Positions 15,728 through 24,693 of a stretch of DNA of 32,000 bases are shown piece after piece (position 1 is the first letter of the stretch; the number at the start of each line of letters is the position of its first letter). The position numbers and the translations under genes were made by a program. The notes under the pieces were generated by a model. The model searched no databases and was not told the origin of the DNA. It saw nothing but the letters and a program-made list of their open reading frames with translations. Source of the stretch: Candidatus Methanoperedens sp. (GTDB taxonomy: Archaea; Halobacteriota; Methanosarcinia; Methanosarcinales; Methanoperedenaceae); assembly GCA_049690315.1 (NCBI GenBank), contig JBAVMS010000041.1, forward strand, positions 1 to 32,000. The letters are read 5' to 3'.

Positions 15728-18555
15728 GTTGAATCCTCCAAATCATTTTGTTCCTCTTTATCTTTTAAAATGTCCATATAAAGTTCTACAATATCATTCA
15801 GCTTACCGCTAACTGCGGCTTTCTCAATTTCCTCGATCTCAACAGGCTTTCCATTTTTCCAGTTAGCATTGTGAATAACGTCATGAACAAAAAGCTTGAA
15901 TGCTGAGAATGCTGCATTTCCTGGTTTAGCTTGCCATTCTTCTCTCTTTGTTTCAATAAGTCCGAGCAATCCTTTTCTTTGCGTTCTTGCTAACTTATTC
16001 TTGAGAATAGGCCAGAGCTTTTCAAAGTCAGTGAATTCTTCAAGGTAATAGGGGCGATTGGATTTTCTATTTTCTCTTCGCTTTCCATCTTTATAGCTGA
16101 CCTCAAATCTGCGGGCGGCGCTGTCAAGAAATTCAAAGTCCAGATGAGAAGGGGAAATTTTTAGTATATCATCTTTTTTGAGTTCTTTTACATGAACCAG
16201 CAAGCCTTTTGGACCTTCAAAAGCGGTAGAACGGTCACGAGGAACTCCTTTCACATAAAAATAGGGATACCAGGTATCATCTGTTTCATTATCACCCATT
16301 TTAACTGGAATACGCATCGATAAACCTTTTTTGAAGTTTAATTCAAAATCTGAATCGCAGTCTTTAGAATCTTCTTCCAGTCCCCATTCCTCCTCTTCAG
16401 TAGAAACTTTCATCATTCTTCTACCGACATCCATCATAGCGGCTAAAGGTGTATGGGATTGACAAAATGTCAAACCAATTGATATCGGCAATCGATTTCT
16501 GACTTTTCCAAGTTCCTTCTCATATTTTTCTTTTATTTTATTTGTAACTTCTAATGCTTTATCGGCTGGAATGATCGCCATGAATATACTTGGTTCGGAT
16601 AGGATGGGAATTGCTGGAATATAAGGTATGGTTATATTTTCAATATGGAATACATTCAATTGGCCGATCAAATTACGTTTTCCTTCAGACTCAAATATCT
16701 TTAAATTTTTAACGGTAAGAAAATCCTTAACGAATGCGGCTGAATTTTCATATGACTTCGATTGTTTTACAGATGCACCCATTTTATTAGCTAAATTCTG
16801 GAGGTTTTCGATTATCAGGTAATCGGTGTTACCGTCATAGAAAATAGTGAATCTTTTTCCTTCCAGTTCAGCCTCATATGCATTGTTTTTTTCAGGAAAT
16901 GAATTATTCATCTCTAGTTTTAATTCCCCAATTATCTTCAGGCGTTGACTTATTGGTCTAACAGTCTCTTTGAAATCAGAATTAACATTATCCCAGAATT
17001 TCTTAGTAGTATCCCAAACTCTTTTGAGACGGGCAAAAGAGGGCGTTTTTTTAATAACATTATCTGGGTCATCATTTGCCGGTTTGACCAATAAGGTTTT
17101 AATATGGCCTTCCGGTTTCAGCCATTCGGCAATGTCAAGTTTTCCTGTTATTAAACAAATCCTGCCATTGGAGTCCGCTACTTCGTCAATCCATATTGTT
17201 GTGTGGAGATTTTTGCCCCAGTTTTCCGCTCTGCCAGTAGCTGTAACTTTTTCTGACCAGTAATTTGAAGCTTTCCGCAGCGACCCTTCATATTCTTGTG
17301 GGCGCAGCCATGAGATTGTGCAAATTTCAGGGTTTCCATCTACACCATCCCACCATTTCTTAACCCTGCTGGCATCTGCTGGTGAGTACGCATTTTTTAA
17401 AAGGATATCTGCTATAGGTGGGATTTTATCACGCACTTTGTCAGGGCGACCATCTGGGTTTTGCCCCCACCAAGGGAGGCTAATATCTGGAGTGACAATA
17501 ATTTCTCCATCATAGCCAAGGTTTTCAGATATCAATTCCTTTAATGTTAATTTTTTTTCAGATTCTATTATCTCCAATAATTTGTCAATATCTGGTACAA
17601 CAAATATACTGCCGTTTTCATCCCTATATACTTCATTTCCAAGTGGATAGGTTTTCTCAAGAAGTTCTTTAACCTTATCCAGCCCATTTGTAATCCAATC
17701 CTTTCTTGCCAACAATGCTGATATGTTAGAGACATTTCCCCATACATGCTCTGAATTTACTCTTATTTCTAAAAGCCGCCATTTTAAATCGTTGGGCTGT
17801 GGTTTTCCTCCAAGAAGTACTCCTGCTAATGCCGATTTATATAGGGCAGCTACGATGCCTGACCAGTCCCAAAGGTCAACTTCATTTATCGGTCTTTGTG
17901 TGTCACCTGGCGCGCTCTCGAATACTTTATTTAGTTCCGTCAAAAATTCCTGTCTGTTTGTTATATTATCAAAAGGCAGGTTCTTTAATTTATTTGTTAG
18001 CCCAACCAACGGTTCTGTTTCATATCCAAATGGACTGCTTAGACGAACATCGTTAGCTTTTTGGTCAACTAAATCTTCACCACCTTCTTTTTCGATATGG
18101 GCCGCTCCATGAGCACGCCCTAAGTATTCGTTCGGTTCAATATTTTTTTTCAAAAGGTCACTTGTTTTTCCAATGAAGAGAGGGCGACCAAAATAGATTA
18201 CTTCTCCAATAGAATAGTCATTATTGGAAAATTTGAATTTAAGATTAATTTTCTTACAATTAATATTACCGAGAATCTTATTAAGAGCGTATTGATGATC
18301 AGTTTCACAATGTCTTACAGGTTTAAATTTAGGGGAGAAATTATAATTCTCCAAATCTTCCAAACATAGAATTGCTTTATAGGGGTCAATGTCATGACCT
18401 TTACATTTTATTCTTCTATTTTTATTATTTAAGAACTCGTCGCTACATTTTCCCATATCATGCAGCCACGCACCTACCTCAGCCAGAAGCAGATCTCTCC
18501 TCTTATCAGCAAGGATTTTGAGATCAGGTGTCATCGTGTCCCTCAGCACTTGCAT
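15724..18555 (-). CDS. cas10: Cas10 large subunit (Cmr2-like) with N-terminal HD motif and no recognisable GGDD cyclase motif
   Basis: The HD motif is GAWLHDMGK. Cas10/Cmr2-like blocks are SPFGYE, DLWDWSGIVAALYKSAL and SFARLKRVWDTTKKFW. In the palm region before LPISIGLTFCQSHTPL, where GGDD is expected, the sequence reads SIFMAIIPADKALEV. No GGDD/GGDEF string occurs anywhere in the 943 aa. Confidence 0.85.
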   Translation of the reverse strand: MQVLRDTMTPDLKILADKRRDLLLAEVGAWLHDMGKCSDEFLNNKNRRIKCKGHDIDPYKAILCLEDLENYNFSPKFKPVRHCETDHQYALNKILGNINCKKINLKFKFSNNDYSIGEVIYFGRPLFIGKTSDLLKKNIEPNEYLGRAHGAAHIEKEGGEDLVDQKANDVRLSSPFGYETEPLVGLTNKLKNLPFDNITNRQEFLTELNKVFESAPGDTQRPINEVDLWDWSGIVAALYKSALAGVLLGGKPQPNDLKWRLLEIRVNSEHVWGNVSNISALLARKDWITNGLDKVKELLEKTYPLGNEVYRDENGSIFVVPDIDKLLEIIESEKKLTLKELISENLGYDGEIIVTPDISLPWWGQNPDGRPDKVRDKIPPIADILLKNAYSPADASRVKKWWDGVDGNPEICTISWLRPQEYEGSLRKASNYWSEKVTATGRAENWGKNLHTTIWIDEVADSNGRICLITGKLDIAEWLKPEGHIKTLLVKPANDDPDNVIKKTPSFARLKRVWDTTKKFWDNVNSDFKETVRPISQRLKIIGELKLEMNNSFPEKNNAYEAELEGKRFTIFYDGNTDYLIIENLQNLANKMGASVKQSKSYENSAAFVKDFLTVKNLKIFESEGKRNLIGQLNVFHIENITIPYIPAIPILSEPSIFMAIIPADKALEVTNKIKEKYEKELGKVRNRLPISIGLTFCQSHTPLAAMMDVGRRMMKVSTEEEEWGLEEDSKDCDSDFELNFKKGLSMRIPVKMGDNETDDTWYPYFYVKGVPRDRSTAFEGPKGLLVHVKELKKDDILKISPSHLDFEFLDSAARRFEVSYKDGKRRENRKSNRPYYLEEFTDFEKLWPILKNKLARTQRKGLLGLIETKREEWQAKPGNAAFSAFKLFVHDVIHNANWKNGKPVEIEEIEKAAVSGKLNDIVELYMDILKDKEEQNDLEDST

Positions 18556-19711
18556 TTAATGCGCTTTCGATTTTCTGAGCCATTTTCATCAACTCATCAA
18601 AGTCTTTGAAAGTCAATGCTGTAAAATTTGGCGTTGGAGCATCTTTAGCTTGAATATGTTTTTTCCATCTCTCGCCATCTTCAATAAACCAATCTCGAAA
18701 TCTTTGAAATTCTGATGAGTTGAAACCGCTCACTTTTTGCTTCAATTCTCCAAATCCCTTGGCGCTCAATAATCCACCTTTTCCACCACCGAGGAACTCT
18801 TTTTTAACAGTGTAATCTTCATTGAGATACTTCATAAAAGATTCTTCTGGCGGTTTTGGTTTTTCCTCTTCTTTATTGCTGATTTCTATTCCTTTAGCCT
18901 TCAAGATGAGATTCCCTTCTACAAGTTCAGGTTTAGCAATCCCATGACCGCTTGAGGTCTTGGCGCCAAAACCGTAAGTCAGAAACATTGCTTTTAGTCC
19001 CTCGCTAATCAAATAAATATGCTCTGCCACCTGTTTTCTGGTCTCTTTCTCTTCTTTTCCAATCAAATCGAATGGGACATAAAGAAGGGTGAAAAGACCG
19101 ACTGTATCCTTCGGGACGCTTTCCATAAGGATAGGTGTCGTGCCAACCTTTCGCTTTTTATCGTGAGGATTTATTATCTCCAAACCCTTTTTTGTGAAGA
19201 ATGTTGGAAATAGATGCAATCTGCCAGCCCTTAACTTTTTTTGTTCTTCTGCAGATCGCTCATTCCCGAATATTCGCCTTGTTTCTTCATCATCAGCCTT
19301 GCGACCAAGCTGCCATATCGCCGCCCTGAGGCTTCCTTTCCATGAAGACGGTGCAATATAAGGAAGACCGAACACTTTATCTTTGCGAATGGGATTGTCA
19401 ATGATGTAGAAATCCTGTTCATCCCGGGAAATATAAGGTTTATCGAGGACGAATTTAAACTGGAGAAGGAATGAATATTGTGGAAGGGAGGCAAATTCAA
19501 TTTTTGGGTATCGAATTAAATCCCATAAATCACCGAACTTCTGAGTATCTATATCTACAGAAGTGTTTTCTTTTTTCCATTTTTCTCTAAGAGCATCTGC
19601 ATCTTTATTTTTGCTTAAAGCTTTCAATTGATAATATCGGGTCGTCAAATGTTCCAAAGTGGTTATATCAGAACTTTCTTGAGATAAATCGGCAAAATAA
19701 TCTATGTTCAT
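18524..19711 (-). CDS. cmr6: Cas7-family RAMP (Cmr6-like)
   Basis: Motifs are GLPYIAPSSWKGSLRAAIW, RIFGNE, GRLHLFPTFF and a G-rich loop YGFGAKTSSGHGIA. I prefer the ATG at 19711, which has GGAG 6 nt upstream and lies 10 nt after the cmr1 stop. The track instead extends to a TTG at 19747. Confidence 0.75.
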   Translation of the reverse strand: MNIDYFADLSQESSDITTLEHLTTRYYQLKALSKNKDADALREKWKKENTSVDIDTQKFGDLWDLIRYPKIEFASLPQYSFLLQFKFVLDKPYISRDEQDFYIIDNPIRKDKVFGLPYIAPSSWKGSLRAAIWQLGRKADDEETRRIFGNERSAEEQKKLRAGRLHLFPTFFTKKGLEIINPHDKKRKVGTTPILMESVPKDTVGLFTLLYVPFDLIGKEEKETRKQVAEHIYLISEGLKAMFLTYGFGAKTSSGHGIAKPELVEGNLILKAKGIEISNKEEEKPKPPEESFMKYLNEDYTVKKEFLGGGKGGLLSAKGFGELKQKVSGFNSSEFQRFRDWFIEDGERWKKHIQAKDAPTPNFTALTFKDFDELMKMAQKIESALNASAEGHDDT

Positions 19712-19721
19712 TAATTGCTCC

Positions 19722-20924
19722 CTATACTTGTAATATATCCTTACCAAAGGTGACTTTTGTTGATGTGACGTTAAAAGCGTATTTCATATACTCTTTGCAG
19801 TAAGTATCTAACAAACTAGCTGTCATTTCTCCCTCTGGAACTTTAAGGGAAGGGGGCGCGAAGCCAAATATTCGCAACCGATAGTCCTTATCATCAATCT
19901 TATAAGGCATCCCAAAACATAGGCGACTGGCAGTGCGGAAATTTTCATCAATCTTTACTGTTTTCCCATAGGTATCCCATTGAGATCTTGGTCCTAAAAG
20001 TTGATCAATTTGCCCCAGATTTTTGGGATTATCGCTTTCAGACCATTTTTTGATATCTTTTAACCATCTCCGCATCCCAAATTTATCTTTACCCTTATAA
20101 CGTAAGTCAAATGCGCAGGGTATGTACATATCTTCTTGATTTTTTGAAATTTTACCTATATGGCTACTTTGCAACATGAAGGGCTTTAGAGAAGGCGCGG
20201 ACAAAACATATTCTAATAAAATAAAATGCTCTAAATTATACGGCATATTTGCTGTTGTCGTCTCTACTTTTTGAATTCGCTGAGATAATTCTTTTAAACC
20301 ATCTTCGACCAAAAGTTTATCTCGAATTGGTGGTTCTATTTTTAACACCTGGATTTGTCCAAATCCATGTTGGAGTTTTGCGCCAAGTCCTCCATATTCA
20401 GAAATGAATCTAAAAAGCATGACTAATTGAGACCTGATATAATCATTATCCTTCCCTTTCAACAAGAATCTGAATGTTAGTTCACCATAAAACACATTTA
20501 GATTATCTATATCCTGACTTTCTCCACCAAAAATTCGTCTTAGCCAATTCTTATTCATGTCAACTGAGGTCCTAAAGTGCAAAGGAGTTGTCGGAGCATC
20601 CATAGTATAAAGCTGAAATTGTCGCTTCCATCCACCGCACCCGAAGAGCCTACATACTGGACAGACTTCTTTTAATCCAACTGCCAATGCATTTTCGATA
20701 CTTTTGCCACTCCTTAAAGCGTTTCCATATCCTTTTGTATCAAATTCACAGCTTTCATTTAAAGAATCACATACATATCCACCTAATCCTCGCACTATCG
20801 CCTCATACCACCAGCGCAGACTTCCGAGGATTCCTGTCTCTTTTATCTCTGTACAGCGTCCATTAACATCCCCAGTCCATATCGGCGTCAACGTTTTAAT
20901 AGAAATGATAAATGTTTCACTCAT
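19722..20924 (-). CDS. cmr1: Cas7-family RAMP (Cmr1-like) with Cys-rich insertion
   Basis: Motifs are TLTPIWTGDVNG ... TGILGSLRWWYEAIVRG, CPVCRLFGCGGW (plus two upstream Cys) and a G-rich loop YGGLGAKLQHGFGQ. It is the first gene of the effector operon. Confidence 0.7.
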   Translation of the reverse strand: MSETFIISIKTLTPIWTGDVNGRCTEIKETGILGSLRWWYEAIVRGLGGYVCDSLNESCEFDTKGYGNALRSGKSIENALAVGLKEVCPVCRLFGCGGWKRQFQLYTMDAPTTPLHFRTSVDMNKNWLRRIFGGESQDIDNLNVFYGELTFRFLLKGKDNDYIRSQLVMLFRFISEYGGLGAKLQHGFGQIQVLKIEPPIRDKLLVEDGLKELSQRIQKVETTTANMPYNLEHFILLEYVLSAPSLKPFMLQSSHIGKISKNQEDMYIPCAFDLRYKGKDKFGMRRWLKDIKKWSESDNPKNLGQIDQLLGPRSQWDTYGKTVKIDENFRTASRLCFGMPYKIDDKDYRLRIFGFAPPSLKVPEGEMTASLLDTYCKEYMKYAFNVTSTKVTFGKDILQV

Positions 20925-21141
20925 ATCTCACCCTGCCTCATGCACCACCGCCGCCAGTACCAGGTTCTCATAATCCCTATTTTCACCCATGGATTCGGGA
21001 ACGTGTTTAACGTGTATAAATTTTTCGCAATATTATAAAACTGCGCCGAACTCCTTCCTCACCTTCTCAATCAGCTTCTTCTTACCTTGTTCTCAGCAGC
21101 AAATCCTATGAAAATAACCCACATGGCATTTCCTGTTTGCA

Positions 21142-22032
21142 CTACGCCATGCACTCTGCCGCATACATACATCGCCTCTCGCATTCAGCCATGCCGGGGT
21201 CTTTCTCCTCGTAGACCATTTCTAACTTTTTATCCCTTTCCTCAATCCACCAGCTTCGGAGGTCATCGCTGATGTGGAAAAGGTCGCGCTCAACCAAGAG
21301 GCGATCATCTTTAAAATTTAGAAAAACCGTGCATCCTACGTCTACAGGGATCTCATATACGCTCTCAAAGACAAGAGCATAGCCTGTTGCGTAAAGCTTG
21401 TAGGGGTTCACTTCCTCCTTTTTTATACCTGTCTTAACATCGAACATGATATTGTGCAGGTAATCGTAGCAGTCCACGCTCAGGATGCCGCTGCATCCTA
21501 TCAATTCACCGCTAATCTTATGTTCGATAAGGAAGGGCGCTGAGGTTGCGATCATGTCTTCCTCTGTAGAATAGGGCTGGCTGCTCATGGCATCTCTGAA
21601 TTTAGATTCAGCGTTGGTGAGAACATGCTTCCAGACCATTCCTGCATATTTTTTTATGAGTTCAAGGTTTCCCTGGATATGTGTCTCAAACTTCTGCGTA
21701 TTATACCACTCTTCAAAAGCTGGATTGAAGTTCTTCCGCCGCACCTGCCTATATGACTCATTTATTGCGGCATGTGTAACAGAACCCAGAGATACAGGGT
21801 ATGTCATCTCGCCTTTCTTTTTAAGCACATGCTTCAGGTAGACATCCCTCGACGTTGGACAGTACTTACTGCATATAGAATACATCGGGAGCTTTACATC
21901 GTGGTAGGGTTTCAATGGAGAATTATCCCAGCTCCAGCCCCGAAGCTCCTCAGTTACCCCAACGCTCCTTGAGAGGGGGCGGAGCTTCTTCACAAGATAT
22001 TTATGCTCGATATCGTTTAAGTAATACACCAT
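21142..22032 (-). CDS. csa1: Csa1 (Cas4-family PD-(D/E)xK nuclease)
   Basis: An N-terminal Cys region (ICSKYCPTSRDVYL), the nuclease motif MFDVKTG and a C-terminal Cys cluster (CERRCMYAAEC) are present. The 296-aa size and the position next to cas2 fit Csa1. Confidence 0.7.
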   Translation of the reverse strand: MVYYLNDIEHKYLVKKLRPLSRSVGVTEELRGWSWDNSPLKPYHDVKLPMYSICSKYCPTSRDVYLKHVLKKKGEMTYPVSLGSVTHAAINESYRQVRRKNFNPAFEEWYNTQKFETHIQGNLELIKKYAGMVWKHVLTNAESKFRDAMSSQPYSTEEDMIATSAPFLIEHKISGELIGCSGILSVDCYDYLHNIMFDVKTGIKKEEVNPYKLYATGYALVFESVYEIPVDVGCTVFLNFKDDRLLVERDLFHISDDLRSWWIEERDKKLEMVYEEKDPGMAECERRCMYAAECMA

Positions 22033-22036
22033 AGCA

Positions 22037-22321
22037 TCACACTATCTGCACGCTTGAGTCTTTTACCAGACATGCGCCACTGTTACTGATAATCTCGGCT
22101 GTGCCTGTACACCGGTCGCACAGGGGAATGATAAATATGCTGTCATGCTCATCTTTCACGAACTGGCTCACTCTCCTGGCAAGCACAGCCCTGTCATTGG
22201 CATTCAACTCGCCTCTAAAAGCACTGTACTGGATACGGGCAAGACCGAATGTCTGGAGCATAGTAGCAAGCCTCTTCCGCTGCCCGTCATCCGTTATATC
22301 GTATACCGCGAGACAGTTCAT
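22037..22321 (-). CDS. cas2: Cas2
   Basis: MNCLAVYDITDDGQRKRLATMLQTFGLARIQYSAFRGEL matches the Cas2 ferredoxin-fold N-terminus. The protein is 94 aa and the gene overlaps the csa3 stop by 4 nt. Confidence 0.9.
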   Translation of the reverse strand: MNCLAVYDITDDGQRKRLATMLQTFGLARIQYSAFRGELNANDRAVLARRVSQFVKDEHDSIFIIPLCDRCTGTAEIISNSGACLVKDSSVQIV

Positions 22322-22920
22322 ATTATCGCAATCCTCCCTGCACTGGTTATCTTGAAACCGTTCCCCTCACTCACGTAGCCCATAGCTTTGAGTTCCCTGA
22401 TATGGCTGTAAGCCATGCCCTTTGAGATGCCGACCTTTACCGCTATCTTGCTTACAGAGGTTTCACCGCTCTCAAGCTGCTCAAGCACGGCGCGCTTTGT
22501 ATCCGAAATACCGAATCCAAGCAGCGGGAACTCTAACACGAACTGATCCTCCTCTGTTACGTAGACCACCTGCTCCACCATCTCTTTCCGTGCATAGGAT
22601 CCGAAGAGTGCGCCGAATGCCTGCGGCTTCCTGCCGCCCGAAACGTTCACGATTATGCGCTGACCTCTTGCATTCTCCTCTTCAATTATTGCAGCAACAT
22701 CTCTGGCAACTTTTACAACATCATATATGGTTGTATATTTTTTCTCTACCTCGAGGACTGAGCCTAACGTATCGGTAATCATCTGTTCTGCACGCGTTTT
22801 CTCTTCGGGCGCCTTCTCCTCAGTTAGCAGGATGATGCGCGAGGGTGAGAAACGGGTGGCGCAGACGATGACAGGCTCGATGGAGTAGATTGTTGAGATG
22901 AGTGTAAGATTGGTTGTCAT
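22318..22920 (-). CDS. csa3: Csa3-like regulator (CARF domain plus C-terminal wHTH)
   Basis: The N-terminal Rossmann-like domain carries the CARF-type loop IIVNVSGGRKPQAF. The C-terminal wHTH is VSKIAVKVGISKGMAYSHIRELKAMGYV. The protein is 200 aa. Confidence 0.75.
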   Translation of the reverse strand: MTTNLTLISTIYSIEPVIVCATRFSPSRIILLTEEKAPEEKTRAEQMITDTLGSVLEVEKKYTTIYDVVKVARDVAAIIEEENARGQRIIVNVSGGRKPQAFGALFGSYARKEMVEQVVYVTEEDQFVLEFPLLGFGISDTKRAVLEQLESGETSVSKIAVKVGISKGMAYSHIRELKAMGYVSEGNGFKITSAGRIAII

Positions 22921-23020
22921 TGATATGTATTTTGAATATAATTGTATATATTCTTTACTGATTTATGAAGGTACATGATGTATGAGTGAGGAATTGGGGT
23001 GTACAATGAAATCTTCACGT

Positions 23021-24394
23021 TCATATCAGCAGTAAGAAAAGCCATATCGGAATAAACAAAACCTTGCGGCCTTCAAGTTCTCCTTTCCTGAAGGTGTCTT
23101 TTGTTACGACTATTCCCACGTTCAAGTCTTCCATCTCCATGAATTCTATAAGTCCTTTCAGATCGGCATTTGTAGGATGCTCTCTGTACTTAACTTCTAT
23201 GGGGATTACTTTTTTCGAGTCATCATATACAAAATCGACCTCGTATTTATTCTTCCAGTAATAAGGCTCAAAGAACGGCTTTGATTCACGACCCTTTTTG
23301 ATCAGGTGCCATGCAGCTATATTTTCTGCAGCTTTACCATCGTCCCTGTCCAGAGTAAGCGCTCTCCTGAGTCCTTCTTCCCAGAAATATAGCTTCTTTG
23401 CCCGCTTCTCAGCCGCTTTCTTAGAGGGTGCAAAAACATCTGCTACGAATACCATCATGGAACTCTGCAGGTAATAAAGATAGAGTTTCACAGTCTCTCG
23501 GTCAATATCGAGCCTTTCGGATAATCCTTTGTAGGTGAACCTGTTGGTGGAAATGGCTGCAATAGCCCGTACCATCTTTTCAAGAAGTATGGGATCCTTC
23601 ACTTTGAACACGCTTACGATGTCCCTGAACAGGATGAGGGCGAAATAATCCTCCACAATAGTTCTGTACCACTGTTCCATATCTCTGATCTTGAACCATT
23701 CAGGATACCCTCCCGTATCGAAGTACTGGCTAAGAAAATGCAATATGCTCTGTTTATGTTCTATAATACCATGGTATGCCTTTTCAATATCTTCAAAACT
23801 CTCAAGGTCTGGTTTTTGCGGAAGCATCCCGGAAAGATCAATATTATTGAATTCCAGGAACTCCCGGAACGTCAGGGGGAAAACGTCAAGGAATCTTATC
23901 CGTCCTGCCAGGCTTTCTGAAGCATCCCGATACAGTAGGGTTTTGGATGACCCTGATATTATGAACCTGCATTTTGCATGGGCATCTGTGTAGTATTTCA
24001 ACTGCAATTGCCACCCTTTCATGACATGTATCTCGTCAAGCAGGAAGTATGTTGATTCTATGGATGGGTCTATGCCTGTAAGTTCATGATACGTGTTCAG
24101 GATATCATGGATGTTGTCTATTTTTCCGAGAAGGTCATCTATTTTTGCATAGACTATCTCTTCGGGTTTTTTTGTTTTGAGAAGAAGGTCTATGTACTGG
24201 TACAATATGGTTGTTTTTCCACTCCGTCTTATCCCTGAGAGGCAGATAATCCTTTCAAGGTTGTCGGATTCCTGTATCTTGTCGAGATAATCCTGTCTCT
24301 GAGTTCCTCTATCCGAAAGTGCTACATTTTTTGTTTGCCACCAGTAATTTCTTTTTTTGAGATAGCTTATCAGGAACTCTTTATCCATGTGCAA
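23021..24394 (-). CDS. AAA-type ATPase with C-terminal DUF4143/nuclease-like region (COG1373-like)
   Basis: Motifs are Walker A GIRRSGKTT, Walker B-like YFLLDEIH, and a C-terminal KYEVDFVY ... IPIEVKY resembling a PD-(D/E)xK (D ... ExK) core. Confidence 0.75.
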   Translation of the reverse strand: MHMDKEFLISYLKKRNYWWQTKNVALSDRGTQRQDYLDKIQESDNLERIICLSGIRRSGKTTILYQYIDLLLKTKKPEEIVYAKIDDLLGKIDNIHDILNTYHELTGIDPSIESTYFLLDEIHVMKGWQLQLKYYTDAHAKCRFIISGSSKTLLYRDASESLAGRIRFLDVFPLTFREFLEFNNIDLSGMLPQKPDLESFEDIEKAYHGIIEHKQSILHFLSQYFDTGGYPEWFKIRDMEQWYRTIVEDYFALILFRDIVSVFKVKDPILLEKMVRAIAAISTNRFTYKGLSERLDIDRETVKLYLYYLQSSMMVFVADVFAPSKKAAEKRAKKLYFWEEGLRRALTLDRDDGKAAENIAAWHLIKKGRESKPFFEPYYWKNKYEVDFVYDDSKKVIPIEVKYREHPTNADLKGLIEFMEMEDLNVGIVVTKDTFRKGELEGRKVLFIPIWLFLLLI

Positions 24395-24693
24395 GTATAG
24401 TCAGCAGAATAAACATAAATGTTGCGGTTTACGTTTGTATGCTTATATAGTGCCGGTGGCATTGCTCATATTTTTAATCAGCCTTGGTGCTGGAAAGTAT
24501 ATGTATTCACAGTATTTGTGAAGGTAAATGGTAAACGAGTGTATAGTAAAACGAAAAAGTTAAATATTGAAACTGCATAGTTCCAGCCATGAACTTCGGG
24601 GATGTCTGCGGAAGGATTCGGAATGGCGCTACAGTTGGGCGCAGGAGGCGCGAAGTAGATTGAGGCGCTTAGTAAATCGAGGAGATGTAGAGA

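Noticed and set aside
20967-20988. A repeat-like core (AATCCCTATTTT versus AATCCTCATTTT) in the promoter region of the type III operon.
   Set aside because: Only about 10 of 13 core positions match, the tag region is not conserved (ATTATGAG), and no partner repeat or spacer-like logic is present. It is probably chance or a very old remnant.
21033-21095. A minus-strand reading that ends like a protein C-terminus (EQGKKKLIEKVRKEFGAVL-stop) in the csa1/cmr1 gap, considered as a remnant of a gene truncated by cassette insertion.
   Set aside because: It is only 19 codons after an in-frame stop, with no start and no identifiable family. It cannot be distinguished from chance.
24537-24573. A weak repeat-like stretch ending in ATTGAAAC upstream of cas8 (GAGTGTATAGTAAAACGAAAAAGTTAAATATTGAAAC), considered as a possible CreR-type element.
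   Set aside because: Similarity to the repeat is limited to GA(G)TGTAT, TAAAA and the tag, in AT-rich sequence. It needs indels, no second repeat-like unit follows, and I found no convincing nearby match to the downstream sequence.
24625-24668. Four GGCGC pentamers (24625, 24638, 24647, 24664) in the cas8 5' region, considered as a possible Csa3 operator.
   Set aside because: The spacing is irregular (13, 9 and 17 nt), there is no palindromic symmetry, and a short motif in a locally GC-rich stretch could be chance.
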